Below are positions 43,356 through 56,960 of a stretch of DNA of 64,000 bases, piece by piece; position 1 is the stretch's first letter, and each line of letters starts with the position of its first letter. A model generated the notes under the pieces. The model made no database searches and was not told where the DNA came from. It saw only the letters and a program-made list of their open reading frames with translations. This DNA is from the human T2T-CHM13v2.0 reference genome, Homo sapiens. The stretch lies in contig CP068257.2 of the NCBI GenBank assembly GCA_009914755.4, forward strand, positions 640,001 through 704,000, read 5' to 3'. The position numbers were made by a program, and so were the translations under genes.

Positions 43356-45257
43356 TGACATATCTCTGCAGTAATCATCCAAGTGATGTAACCCTTGTCT
43401 AGGATCTGCCTAAATTAACTTTGTGACATAACCCTGTACTGATCATCCAGGTGATGGGGCTTTTGTCTAGGCTCTGCCTAAGGGGGCATTGTGACATATT
43501 TCTGCATTGATCACCCAGGTGGCGAACTCTTCTCTTGGATCTGCCTATGGGGGCATTGTGACAAATCTCTGCACTGATCACCCAGGTGATGTAACTGTTG
43601 TGTAACCTCTGCCTACAGGGCAATTGTGAGAGATCTCGCCACTGATCACCCAAGTGATGTAACCATTGTCTAGGCTTTGCGTACAGGGGGCTTTGTGACA
43701 TACCTTTGCACTGATCACCCAGGTGATGTAACACATCTAAGTTCGGCCTAAAGGAGCTTTGTGACATATCTCTGCACTGATCACTTAGGTGATGGAACAC
43801 TTTTATAAGCACTGCCTACAGGGAATTTTGACAAATCTCTGCATTGATCACCTAGGTGATGTACTTGTCTACCCTCTGCCCAACGGTGCATTGTGAAATA
43901 TCTCTGCACTGATCACCCAGGTGATTCAACTCTTGACTAGGATCTGCCTACAGAGGTTATTGTGAAATATCTCTGCACTGATAAACTAGGTGGTGTAATC
44001 ATTACCGAAGCTCTGCCTACAGGGGCGTTTTCACATATCCCTGAAGTGATGACAAAGGTGATGTAACTATTGCCTAGGCTTTGCCTACAGGGGACATAGG
44101 ACATATATCTGCACTGATCACCCAGGTGATGCAACTGTAGCCTAGGCTTTGCCTACAGGGGACATTGTGACATATCGCTTCAATGATCACCCATGTGATG
44201 CAACTCTTGCCTAGGCTTTGCCTACAGGGGACATTGTGACATATCTCAGCACTGATGTCCCAGGTGCTGTAACATTAGTCTAGACTCTGGCTACACGGAA
44301 TTGTGACATATCACTGCACTGATCAACCAGGTGATATAACTCTTGTCTAGGCTCTGCCTACAGGGGGCTTGTGACATATCCCTGCAATGATCACCCAGGT
44401 GATCTAACTCTTGTTTAAGCTCTGCCTAAAGGGTCATTGTGACAGATCTCTGCACTGATCACTCAGGTGATGTAACTATTGTCTAGGCTCTGCTTAAAGG
44501 GGCCTTGTCACATACCTCTGCACTGATCACCCAGGTGATGTAACTCTTGTCTAGCCTCCTCTTTCACGGCATATTGTGACATATCCATGCGCTGATCACC
44601 TTAGTGATGTAACACTTGTGTAGGCTCGGCCTACAGGGGAATATTGACATATCTCTGCACTGTTAACCGAGGTGATTTAAATCTTGTCTAGGCTGTGCCC
44701 ACAGGGGGATTGAGACATGTCTCTGCACTGATCCCGAGGTGATCCAACTGTTTCCTGGTCTCTGCCTACTGGGGACATTGTGACATATCTCTGCACTGAT
44801 CTCCCAGGTGCTGTAAATTTAGTCTAGGCTCTGGCTACACGGCATTGTGACATATCACTGCACTGAACACCCAGGTGATATAAATCTTTTCTAGGCTCTG
44901 CCTACAATGGCCTTGTGACATATCACTGCACTGATCACCCAGGTGATATAACTCTTCTCTAGGATCTGACCACAGGGTGCTTTGTGGCATTTCCCTGCAA
45001 TGATCACCCAGGTGATATACCACTTGCCAAGGCTCTGCCTACAGGGGCATTGCAATGTATCTCTGCACTGATCACCTCGGTCTTGTAACTCTTTTCTAGG
45101 ATCTGCCCACAGGGTGCCTTGTGACGTATCCCAGCAAGGATTACCCAGGTGATGTACCTCTCATCAAGGCTCTGCCTACAGGCACATTGCGATGTATCTC
45201 TGCACTGATCACCTAGGTCATGTAACTTTCGTCTAGGCTCTGCCTACGATGGCATTG
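43356..45257. repeat. HOR copy 23: D1 variant with an added 3-bp deletion, 1902 bp.
   Basis: A 3-bp deletion, gtaacgcttg to gtacttg, lies at about 43862. The D1 junction is at about 44372-44380. This copy resembles copy 25. Confidence 0.88.
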
Positions 45258-47231
45258 TGACATATCTCTGCACTAATCATCCAAGTGATGTAAACCTTGT
45301 CTAGGATCTGCCTAAATTAACTTTGTGACATAACCCTGTACTGATCATCCAGGTGATGGGGCTTTTGTCTAGGCTCTGCCTAAGGGGGTATTGTGACATA
45401 TTTCTGCATTGATCACCCAGGTGGCGAACTCTTCTCTTGGATCTGCCTATGGGGGCAATTTGACAAATCTCTGCACTGATCACCCAGGTGATGTAACTGT
45501 TGTGTAACCTCTGCCTACAGGGGAATTGTGAGAGATCTCGCCACTGATCACCCAAGTGATGTAACCATTGTCTAAGCTTTGCGTACAGGGGGCTTTGTGA
45601 CATACCTTTGCACTGATCACCCAGGTGATGTAACACATCTAAGTTCGGCCTAAAGGAGCTTTGTGACATATCTCTGCACTGATCACTTAGGTGATGGAAC
45701 ACTTTTATAAGCACTGCCTACAGGGAATTTTGACAAATCTCTGCACTGATCACCTAGGTGATGTAACGCTTGTCTACCCTCTGTCCAACGGGGCATTGTG
45801 AAATATCTCTGCACTGATCACCCAGGTGATTCAACTCTTGACTAGGATCTGCCTACAGAGGTTATTGTGAAATATCTCTGCACTGATAAACTAGGTGGTG
45901 TAATCCTTATCGAAGCTCTGCCTACAGGGGCGTTTTCACATATCCCTGAAGTGATGACAAAGGTGATGTAACTCTTGCCTAGGCTTTGCCTACAGGGGAC
46001 ATAGGACATATATCTGCACTGATCACCCAGGTGATGCAACTCTAGCCTAGGCTTTGCCTACAGGGGACATTGTGACATATCGCTTCAATGATCACCCATG
46101 TGATGCAACTCTTGCCTTGGCTTTGCCTACAGGGGACATTGTGACATATCTCTGCACTGATCTCCCAGGTGCTGTAACATTAGTCTAGACTCTGGCTACA
46201 CGGCATTGTGACATATCACTGCACTGATCAACCAGGTGATATAACTCTTGTCTAGGCCCTGCCTACAGGGGGCTTGTGACATATCTCTGCACTGATCACC
46301 CAGGTGATATAACTCTTCTCTAGGATCTGCCTACAGGGTGCTTTGTGACATATCCCTGCAATGATCACCCAGGTGATCTAACTCTTGTTTAAGCTCTGCC
46401 TAAAGGGCCATTTTGACAGATCTCTGCACTGATCACTCAGGTGATGTAACTATTGTCGAGGCTCTGCTTCAAGGGGCCTTGTCACATACCTCTGCACTGA
46501 TCACCCAGGTGATGTAACTCTTGTCTAGCCTCTGCTTTCACGGCATATTGTGACATATCCATGCGCTGATCACCTTAGTGATGTAACACTTGTGTAGGCT
46601 CGGCCTACAGGGGAATATTGACATATCTCTGCACTGTTAACCGAGGTGATTTAACTCTTGTCTAGGCTGTGCCCACAGGGGGATTGAGACATATCTCTGC
46701 ACTGATCCCGAGGTGATCCAACTGTTGCCTGGTCTCTGCCTACTGGGGACATTGTGACATATCTCTGCACTGATCTCCCAGGTGCTGTAACTTTAGTCTA
46801 GGCTCTGGCTACACGGCATTGTGACATATCACTGCACTGATCACCGAGGTGATATAAATCTTGTCTAGGCTCTGCCTACAATGGCCTTGTGACATATCTC
46901 TGCACTGATCACCCAGGTGATATAACTCTTCTCTAGGATCTGACCACAGGGTGCTTTGTGGCATTTCCCTGCAATGATCACCCAGGTGATATACCACTTG
47001 CCAAGGCTCTGCCTACAGGGGCATTGCAATGTATCTCTGCACTGATCACCTCGGTCTTGTAACTCTTTTCTAGGATCTGCCCACAGGGTGCCTTGTGACG
47101 TATCCCAGCAAGGATTACCCAGGTGATGTACCTCTCATCAAGGCTCTGCCTACAGGCACATTGCGATGTATCTCTGCACTGATCACCTAGGTCATGTAAC
47201 TTTTGTCTAGGCTCTGCCTACGATGGCATTG
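45258..47231. repeat. HOR copy 24: canonical length, 1974 bp.
   Basis: It matches copy 22 at all of that copy's diagnostic sites. Confidence 0.9.
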
Positions 47232-49133
47232 TGACATATCTCTGCAGTAATCATCCAAGTGATGTAACCCTTGTCTAGGATCTGCCTAAATTAACTTTGT
47301 GACATAACCCTGTACTGATCATCCAGGTGATGGGGCTTTTGTCTAGGCTCTGCCTAAGGGGGCATTGTGACATATTTCTGCATTGATCACCCAGGTGGCG
47401 AACTCTTCTCTTGGATCTGCCTATGGGGGCATTGTGACAAATCTCTGCACTGATCACCCAGGTGATGTAACTGTTGTGTAACCTCTGCCTACAGGGCAAT
47501 TGTGAGAGATCTCGCCACTGATCACCCAAGTGATGTAACCATTGTCTAGGCTTTGCGTACAGGGGGCTTTGTGACATACCTTTGCACTGATCACCCAGGT
47601 GATGTAACACATCTAAGTTCGGCCTAAAGGAGCTTTGTGACATATCTCTGCACTGATCACTTAGGTGATGGAACACTTTTATAAGCACTGCCTACAGGGA
47701 ATTTTGACAAATTTCTGCATTGATCACCTAGGTGATGTACTTGTCTACCCTCTGCCCAACGGGGCATTGTGAAATATCTCTGCACTGATCACCCAGGTGA
47801 TTCAACTCTTGACTAGGATCTGCCTACAGAGGTTATTGTGAAATATCTCTGCACTGATAAACTAGGTGGTGTAATCATTACCGAAGCTCTGCCTACAGGT
47901 GCGTTTTCACATATCCCTGAAGTGATGACAAAGGTGATGTAACTATTGCCTAGGCTTTGCCTACAGGGGACATAGGACATATATCTGCACTGATCACCCA
48001 GGTGATGCAACTCTAGCCTAGGCTTTGCCTACAGGGGACATTGTGACATATCGCTTCAATGATCACCCATGTGATGCAACTCTTGCCTAGGCTTTGCCTA
48101 CAGGGGACATTGTGACATATCTCAGCACTGATGTCCCAGGTGCTGTAACATTAGTCTAGACTCTGGCTACACGGAATTGTGACATATCACTGCACTGATC
48201 AACCAGGTGATATAACTCTTGTCTAGGCTCTGCCTACAGGGGGCTTGTGACATATCCCTGCAATGATCACCCAGGTGATCTAACTCTTGTTTAAGCTCTG
48301 CCTAAAGGGTCATTGTGACAGATCTCTGCACTGATCACTCAGGTGATGTAACTATTGTCTAGGCTCTGCTTAAAGGGGCCTTGTCACATACCTCTGCACT
48401 GATCACCCAGGTGATGTAACTCTTGTCTAGCCTCCTCTTTCACGGCATATTGTGACATATCCATGCGCTGATCACCTTAGTGATGTAACACTTGTGTAGG
48501 CTCGGCCTACAGGGGAATATTGACATATCTCTGCACTGTTAACCGAGGTGATTTAAATCTTGTCTAGGCTGTGCCCACAGGGGGATTGAGACATGTCTCT
48601 GCACTGATCCCGAGGTGATCCAACTGTTTCCTGGTCTCTGCCTACTGGGGACATTGTGACATATCTCTGCACTGATCTCCCAGGTGCTGTAAATTTAGTC
48701 TAGGCTCTGGCTACACGGCATTGTGACATATCACTGCACTGAACACCCATGTGATATAAATCTTTTCTAGGCTCTGCCTACAATGGCCTTGTGACATATC
48801 TCTGCACTGATCACCCAGGTGATATAACTCTTCTCTAGTATCTGACCACAGGGTGCTTTGTGGCATTTCCCTGCAATGATCACCCAGGAGATATAGCACT
48901 TGCCAAGGCTCTGCCTACAGGGGCATTGCAATGTATCTCTGCACTGATCAAATCGGTCTTGTAACTCTTTTCTAGGATCTGCCCACAGGGTGCCTTGTGA
49001 CGTATCCCAGCAAGGATTACCCAGGTGATGTACCTCTCATCAAGGCTCTGCCTACAGGCACATTGCGATGTATCTCTGCACTGATCACCTAGGTCATGTA
49101 ACTTTCGTCTAGGCTCTGCCTACGATGGCATTG
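47232..49133. repeat. HOR copy 25: D1 variant with a 3-bp deletion, 1902 bp.
   Basis: The 3-bp deletion is at about 47740 and the D1 junction at about 48247-48255. This copy resembles copy 23. Confidence 0.88.
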
Positions 49134-51040
49134 TGACATATCTCTGCACTAATCATCCAAGTGATGTAACACTTGTCTAGGATCTGCCTAAATTAACTTT
49201 GTGACATAACCCTGTACTGATCATCCAGGTGATGGGGCTTTTGTCTAGGCTCTGCCTAAGGGGGCATTGTGATATATTTCTGCATTGATCACCCAGGTGG
49301 CGAACTCATCTCTTGGATCTGCCTATGGGGGCATTGTGACAAATCTCTGCACTCATCACCCAGGTGATGTAACTGTTGTGTAACCTCTGCCTACAGGGGA
49401 ATTGTGAGAGATCTCGCCACTGATCACCCAAGTGATGTAGCCATTGTCTAGGGTTTGCGTACAGGGTGCTTTGTGACATACCTTTGCACTGATCACCCAG
49501 GTGATGTAACACATCTAAGTTCGGCCTAAAGGAGCTTTGTGACATATCTCTGCACTGATCACTTAGGTGATGGAACACTTTTATAAGCACTGCCTACAGG
49601 GAATTTTGACAAATCTCTGCACTGATCACCTAGGTGATGTAACGCTTGTCTACCCTCTGTCCAACGGGGCATTGTGAAATATCTCTGCACTGATCACCCA
49701 GGTGATTCAACTCTTGACTAGGATCTGCCTACAGAGGTTATTGTGAAATATCTCTGCACTGATAAACTAGGTGGTGTAATCCTTATCGAAGCTCTGCCTA
49801 CAGGGGCGTTTTCACATATCCCTGAAGTGATGACAAAGGTGATGTAACCCTTGCCTAGGCTTTGCCTACAGGGGACATAGGACATATATCTGCACTGATC
49901 ACCCAGGTGATGCAACTCTAGCCTAGGCTTTGCCTACAGGGGACATTGTGACATATCGCTTCAATGATCACCCATGTGATGCAAATCTTGCCTAGCCTTT
50001 GCCTACAGGGGACATTGTGACATATCTCTGCACTGATCTCCCAGGTGCTGTAACATTAGCCTAGACTCTGGCTACACGGCATTGTGACATATCACTGCAC
50101 TGATCAACCAGGTGATATAACTCTTGTCTAGGCCCTGCCTACAGGGGGCTTGTGACATATCTCTGCACTGATCACCCAGGTGATATAACTCTTCTCTAGG
50201 ATCTGCCTACAGGGTGCTTTGTGACATCTCCCTGCAATGATCACCCAGGTGATCTAACTCTTGTTTAAGCTCTGCCTAAAGGGGCATTGTGACAGACCTC
50301 TGCACTGATCACTCAGGTGATGTAACTATTGTCTAGGCTCTGCTTAAAGGGGCCTTGTCACATACCTCTGCACTGATCACCCAGGTGATGTAACTCTTGT
50401 CTAGCCTCTGCTTTCACGGCATATTGTGACATATCCATGCGCTGATCACCTTAGTGATGTAACACTTGTGTAGGCTCGGCCTACAGGGGAATATTGACAT
50501 ATCTCTGCACTGTTAACCGAGGTGATTTAAATCTTGTCTAGGCTGTGCCCACAGGGGGATTGAGACATGTCTCTGCACTGATCCCGAGGTGATCCAACTG
50601 TTGCCTGGTCTCTGCCTACTGGGGACATTGTGACATATCACTGCACTGATCACCCAGGAGAGATAAATCTTGTCTAGGCTCTGCCTACAATGGCCTTGTG
50701 ACATATCTCTGCACTGATCACCCAGGTGATATAACTCTTCTCTAGGATCTGACCACAGGGTGCTTTGTGGCATTTCCCTGCAATGATCACCCAGGTGATA
50801 TACCACTTGCCAAGGCTCTGCCTACAGGGGCATTGCAATGTATCTCTGCACTGATCACCTCGGTCTTGTAACTCTTTTCTAGGATCTGCCCACAGGGTGC
50901 CTTGTGACGTATCCCAGCAGGGATTATCCAGGTGATGTACCTCTCATCAAGGCTCTGCCTACAGGCACATTGCGATGTATCTCTGCACTGATCACCTAGG
51001 TCATGTAACTTTTGTCTAGGCTCTGCCTACGATGGCATTG
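49134..51040. repeat. HOR copy 26: D2 variant, with a different monomer deleted, 1907 bp.
   Basis: The junction tgacatatc|actgcactgatcacccaggagag lies at about 50631-50640. It removes the monomer tctctgcactgatctcccaggtgctgtaactttagtc...cacggcattgtgacata. Confidence 0.88.
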
Positions 51041-53014
51041 TGACATATCTCTGCACTAATCATCCAAGTGATGTAACCCTTGTCTAGGATCTGCCTAAAT
51101 TAACTTTGTGACATAACCCTGTACTGATCATCCAGGTGATGGGGCTTTTGTCTAGGCTCTGCCTAAGGGGGCATTGTGACATATTTCTGCATTGATCACC
51201 CAGGTGGCGAACTCTTCTCTTGGATCTGCCTATGGGGGCATTGTGACAAATCTCTGCACTGATCACCCAGGTGATGTAACTGTTGTGTAACCTCTGCCTA
51301 CAGGGGAATTGTGAGAGATCTCGCCACTGATCACCCAAGTGATGTAACCATTGTCTAGGCTTTGCGTACAGGGGGCTTTGTGACATACCTTTGCACTGAT
51401 CACCCAGGTGATGTAACACATCTAAGTTCGGCCTAAAGGAGCTTTGTGACATATCTCTGCACTGATCACTTAGGTGATGGAACACTTTTATAAGCACTGC
51501 CTACAGCGAATTTTGACAAATCTCTGCACTGATCACCTAGGTGATGTAACGCTTGTCTACCCTCTGTCCAACGGGGCATTGTGAAATATCTCTACACTGA
51601 TCACCCAGGTGATTCAACTCTTGAGTAGGATCTGCCTACAGAGGTTATTGTGAAATATCTCTGCACTGATAAACTTGGTGGTGTAATCATTACCGAAGCT
51701 CTGCCTGCAGGGGCGTTTTCACATATCCCTGTAGTGATGACAAAGGTGATGTAACTCTTGCCTAGGCTTTGCCTACAGGGGACATAGGACATATATCTGC
51801 ACTGATCACCCAGGTGATGCAACTCTAGCCTAGGCTTTGCCTACAGGGGACATTGTGACATATCGCTTCAATGATCACCCATGTGATGCAACTCTTGCCT
51901 AGGCTTTGCCTACAGGGGACATTGTGACATATCTCTGCACTGATCTCCCAGGTGCTGTAACATTAGTCTAGACTCTGGCTACACGGCATTGTGACATATC
52001 ACTGCACTGATCAACCAGGTGTTATAACTCTTGTCTAGGCCCTGCCTACAGGGGGCTTGTGACATATCTCTGCACTGATCACCCAGGTGATATAACTCTT
52101 CTCTAGGATCTGCCTACAGGGTGCTTTGTGACATATCCCTGCAATGATCACCCAGGTGATCTAACTCTTGTTTAAGCTCTGCCTAAAGGGGCATTTTGAC
52201 AGATCTCTGCACTGATCACTCAGGTGATGTAACTATTGTCGAGGCTCTGCTTCAAGGGGCCTTGTCACATACCTCTGCACTGATCACCCAGGTGATGTAA
52301 CTCTTGTCTAGCCTCTGCTTTCACGGCATATTGTGACATATCCATGCGCTGATCACCTTAGTGATGTAACACTTGTGTAGGCTCGGCCTACAGGGGAATA
52401 TTGACATATCTCTGCACTGTTAACCGAGGTGATTTAACTCTTGTCTAGGCTGTGCCCACAGGGGGATTGAGACATGTCTCTGCACTGATCCCGAGGTGAT
52501 CCAATTGTTTCCTGGTCTCTGCCTACTGGGGACATTGTGACATATCTCTGCACTGATCTCCCAGGTGCTGTAACTTTAGTCTAGGCTCTGGCTACATGGC
52601 ATTGTGACATATCACTGCACTGAACACCCAGGTGATATAAATCTTTTCTAGGCTCTGCCTACAATGGCCTTGTGACATATCTCTGCACTGATCACCCAGG
52701 TGATATAACTCTTCTCTAGGATCTGACCACAGGGTGCTTTGTGGCATTTCCCTGCAATGATCACCCAGGTGATATACCACTTGCCAAGGCTCTGCCTACA
52801 GGGGCATTGCAATGTATCTCTGCTCTGATCACCTCGGTCTTGTAACTCTTTTCTAGGATCTGCCCACAGGGTGCCTTGTGACGTATCCCAGCAAGGATTA
52901 CCCAGGTGATGTACCTCTCATCAAGGCTCTGCCTACAGGCACATTGCGATGTATCTCTGCACTGATCACCTAGGTCATGTAACTTTCGTCTAGGCTCTGC
53001 CTACGATGGCATTG
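51041..53014. repeat. HOR copy 27: canonical length, 1974 bp.
   Basis: The first ~1.2 kb resembles copy 21. The tail variant gatccaattgtttcctgg is shared with copy 28. Confidence 0.9.
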
Positions 53015-54987
53015 TGACATATCTCTGCACTAATCATCCAAGTGATGTAACCCTTGTCTAGGATCTGCCTAAATTAACTTTGTGACATAACCCTGTACTG
53101 ATCATCCAGGTGATGGGGCTTTTGTCTAGGCTCTGCCTAAGGGGGCTTTGTGACATATTTCTGCATTGATCACCCAGGTGGCGAACTCTTCTCTTGGATC
53201 TGCCTATGGGGGCATTGTGACAAATCTCTGCACTGATCACCCAGGTGATGTAACTGTTGTGTAACCTCTCCTACAGGGGAATTGTGAGAGATCTCTCCAC
53301 TGATCACCCAAGTGATGTAACCATTGTCTAGGCTTTGCGTACAGGGGGCTTTGTGACATACCTTTGCACTGATCACCCAGGTGATGTAACACATCTAAGT
53401 TCGGCCTAAAGGAGCTTTGTGACATATCTCTGCACTGATCACTTAGGTGATGGAACACTTTTATAAGCACTGCCTACAGGGAATTTTGACAAATCTCTGC
53501 ACTGATCACCTAGGTGATGTAACGCTTGTCTACCCTCTGTCCAACGGGGCATTGTGAAATATCTCTGCACTGATCACCCAGGTGATTCAACTCTTGACTA
53601 GGATCTGCCTACAGAGGTTATTGTGAAATATCTCTGCACTGATAAACTAGGTGGTGTAATCCTTATCGAAGCTCTGCCTACAGGGGCGTTTTCACATATC
53701 CCTGAAGTGATGACAAAGGTGATGTAACTCTTGCCTAGGCTTTGCCTACAGGGGACATAGGACATATATCTGCACTGATCACCCAGGTGATGCAACTCTA
53801 GCCTAGGCTTTGCCTACAGGGGACATTGTGACATATCGCTTCAGTGATCACCCATGTGATGCAACTCTTGCCTTGGCTTTGCCTACAGGGCACATTGTGA
53901 CATAACTCTGCACTGATCTCCCAGGTGCTGTAACATTAGTCTAGACTCTGGCTACACGGCATTGTGACATATCACTGCACTGATCAACCAGGTGATATAA
54001 CTCTTGTCTAGGCCCTGCCTACAGGGGGCTTGTGACATATCTCTGCACTGATCACCCAGGTGATATAACTCTTCTCTAGGACCTGCCTACAGGGTGCTTT
54101 GTGACATATCCCTGCAATGATAACCCAGGTGATCTAACTCTTGTTTAAGCTCTGCCTAAAGGGGCATTTTGACAGATCTCTGCACTGATCACTCAGGTGA
54201 TGTAACTATTGTCGAGGCTCTGCTTCAAGGGGCCTTGTCACATACCTCTGCACTGATCACCCAGGTGATGTAACTCTTGTCTAGCCTCTGCTTTCACGGC
54301 ATATTGTGACATATCCATGCGCTGATCACCTTAGTGATGTAACACTTGTGTAGGCTCGGCATACAGGGGAATATTGACATATCTCTGCACTGTTAACCGA
54401 GGTGATTTAACTCTTGTCTAGGCTGTGCCCACAGGGGGATTGAGACATGTCTCTGCACTGATCCCGAGGTGATCCAATTGTTTCCTGGTCTCTGCCTACT
54501 GGGGACATTGTGACATATCTCTGCACTGATCTCCCAGGTGCTGTAACTTTAGTCTAGGCTCTGGCTACACGGCATTGTGAGATATCACTGCACTGAACAC
54601 CCAGGTGATATAAATCTTTTCTAGGCTCTGCCTACAATGGCCTTGTGACATATCTCTGCACTGATCACCCAGGTGATATAACTCTTCTCTAGGATCTGAC
54701 CACAGGGTGCTTTGTGGCATTTCCCTGCAATGATCACCCAGGTGATATACCACTTGCCAAGGCTCTGCCTACAGGGGCATTGCAATGTATCTCTGCACTG
54801 ATCACCTCGGTCTTGTAACTCTTTTCTAGGATCTGCCCACAGGGTGCCTTGTGACGTATCCCAGCAAGGATTACCCAGGTGATGTACCTCTCATCAAGGC
54901 TCTGCCTACAGGCACATTGCGATGTATCTCTGCACTGATCACCTAGGTCATGTAACTTTCGTCTAGGCTCTGCCTACGATGGCATTG
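53015..54987. repeat. HOR copy 28: 1973 bp, 1-bp-deletion subfamily.
   Basis: The deletion is at about 53279 (acctctcctac). It matches the one in copies 19, 20 and 29. Confidence 0.88.
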
Positions 54988-56960
54988 TGACATATCTCTG
55001 CACTAATCATCCAAGTGATGTAACCCTTGTCTAGGATCTGCCTAAATTAACTTTGTGACATAACCCTGTACTGATCATCCAGGTGATGGGGCTTTTGTCT
55101 AGGCTCTGCCTAAGGGGGCATTGTGACATATTTCTGCATTGATCACCCAGGTGGCGAACTCTTCTCTTGGATCTGCCTATGGGGGCATTGTGACAAATCT
55201 CTGCACTGATCACCCAGGTGATGTAACTGTTGTGTAACCTCTCCTACAGGGGAATTGTGAGAGATCTCTCCACTGATCACCCAAGTGATGTAACCATTGT
55301 CTAGGCTTTGCGTACAGGGGGCTTTGTGACATACCTTTGCACTGATCACCCAGGTGATGTAACACATCTAAGTTCGGCCTAAAGGAGCTTTGTGACATAT
55401 CTCTGCACTGATCACTTAGGTGATGGAACACTTTTATAAGCACTGCCTACAGGGAATTTTGACAAATCTCTGCACTGATCACCTAGGTGATGTAACGCTT
55501 GTCTACCCTCTGTCCAACGGGGCATTGTGAAATATCTCTGCACTGATCACCCAGGTGATTCAACTCTTGACTAGGATCTGCCTACAGAGGTTATTGTGAA
55601 ATATCTCTGCACTGATAAACTAGGTGGTGTAATCCTTATCGAAGCTCTGCCTACAGGGGCGTTTTCACATATCCCTGAAGTGATGACAAAGGTGATGTAA
55701 CTCTTGCCTAGGCTTTGCCTACAGGGGACATAGGACATATATCTGCACTGATCACCCAGGTGATGCAACTCTAGCCTAGGCTTTGCCTACAGGGGACATT
55801 GTGACATATCGCTTCAGTGATCACCCATGTGATGCAACTCTTGCCTTGGCTTTGCCTACAGGGCACATTGTGACATAACTCTGCACTGATCTCCCAGGTG
55901 CTGTAACATTAGTCTAGACTCTGGCTACACGGCATTGTGACATATCACTGCACTGATCAACCAGGTGATATAACTCTTGTCTAGGCCCTGCCTACAGGGG
56001 GCTTGTGACATATCTCTGCACTGATCACCCAGGTGATATAACTCTTCTCTAGGATCTGCCTACAGGGTGCTTTGTGACATATCCCTGAAATGATCACCCA
56101 GGTGATCTAACTCTGGTTTAAGCTCTGCCTAAAGGGTCATTGTGACAGATCTCTGCACTGATCACTCAGGTGATGTAACTATTGTCTAGGCTCTGCTTCA
56201 AGGGGCCTTGTCACATACCTCTGCACTGATCACCCAGGTGATGTAACTCTTGTCTAGCCTCTGCTTTCACGGCATATTGTGACATATCCATGCGCTGATC
56301 ACCTTAGTGATGTAACACTTGTGTAGGCTCGGCCTACAGGGGAATATTGACATATCTCTGCACTGTTAACCGAGGTGATTTAACTCTTGTCTAGGCTGTG
56401 CCCACAGGGGTATTGAGACATATCTCTGCACTGATCCCGAGGTGATCCAACTGTTGCCTGGTCTCTGCCTACTGGGGACATTGTGACATATCTCTGCACT
56501 GATCTCCCAGGTGCTGTAACTTTAGTCTAGGCTCTGGCTACACGGCATTGTGACATATCACTGCACTGATCACCGAGGTGATATAAATCTTGTCTAGGCT
56601 CTGCCTACAATGGCCTTGTGACATATCTCTGCACTGATCACCCAGGTGATATAACTCTTCTCTAGGATCTGACCACAGGGTGCTTTGTGGCATTTCCCTG
56701 CAATGATCACCCAGGTGATATACCACTTGCCAAGGCTCTGCCTACAGGGGCATTGCAATGTATCTCTGCACTGATCACCTCGGTCTTGTAACTCTTTTCT
56801 AGGATCTGCCCACAGGGTGCCTTGTGACGTATCCCAGCAAGGATTACCCAGGTGATGTACCTCTCATCAAGGCTCTGCCTACAGGCACATTGCGATGTAT
56901 CTCTGCACTGATCACCTAGGTCATGTAACTTTTGTCTAGGCTCTGCCTACGATGGCATTG
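54988..56960. repeat. HOR copy 29: 1973 bp, 1-bp-deletion subfamily.
   Basis: The deletion is at about 55243. It matches the one in copies 19, 20 and 28. Confidence 0.88.

Larger units (their letters stand above)
41382..45257. repeat. Two-HOR super-unit, first copy (HOR copies 22 and 23), 3876 bp.
   Basis: Every private variant of copies 22 and 23 reappears exactly 3876 bp downstream in copies 24 and 25. Confidence 0.8.
45258..49133. repeat. Two-HOR super-unit, second copy (HOR copies 24 and 25), 3876 bp.
   Basis: It has the same variants as 41382-45257: gtaaaccttg, ggtattgtgac, ggcaatttgacaaatc, gtctaagctttgcg, cagggcaattgtgag, gtacttgtctaccctctgccc, the D1 junction and aactttcgtctagg. Confidence 0.8.
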
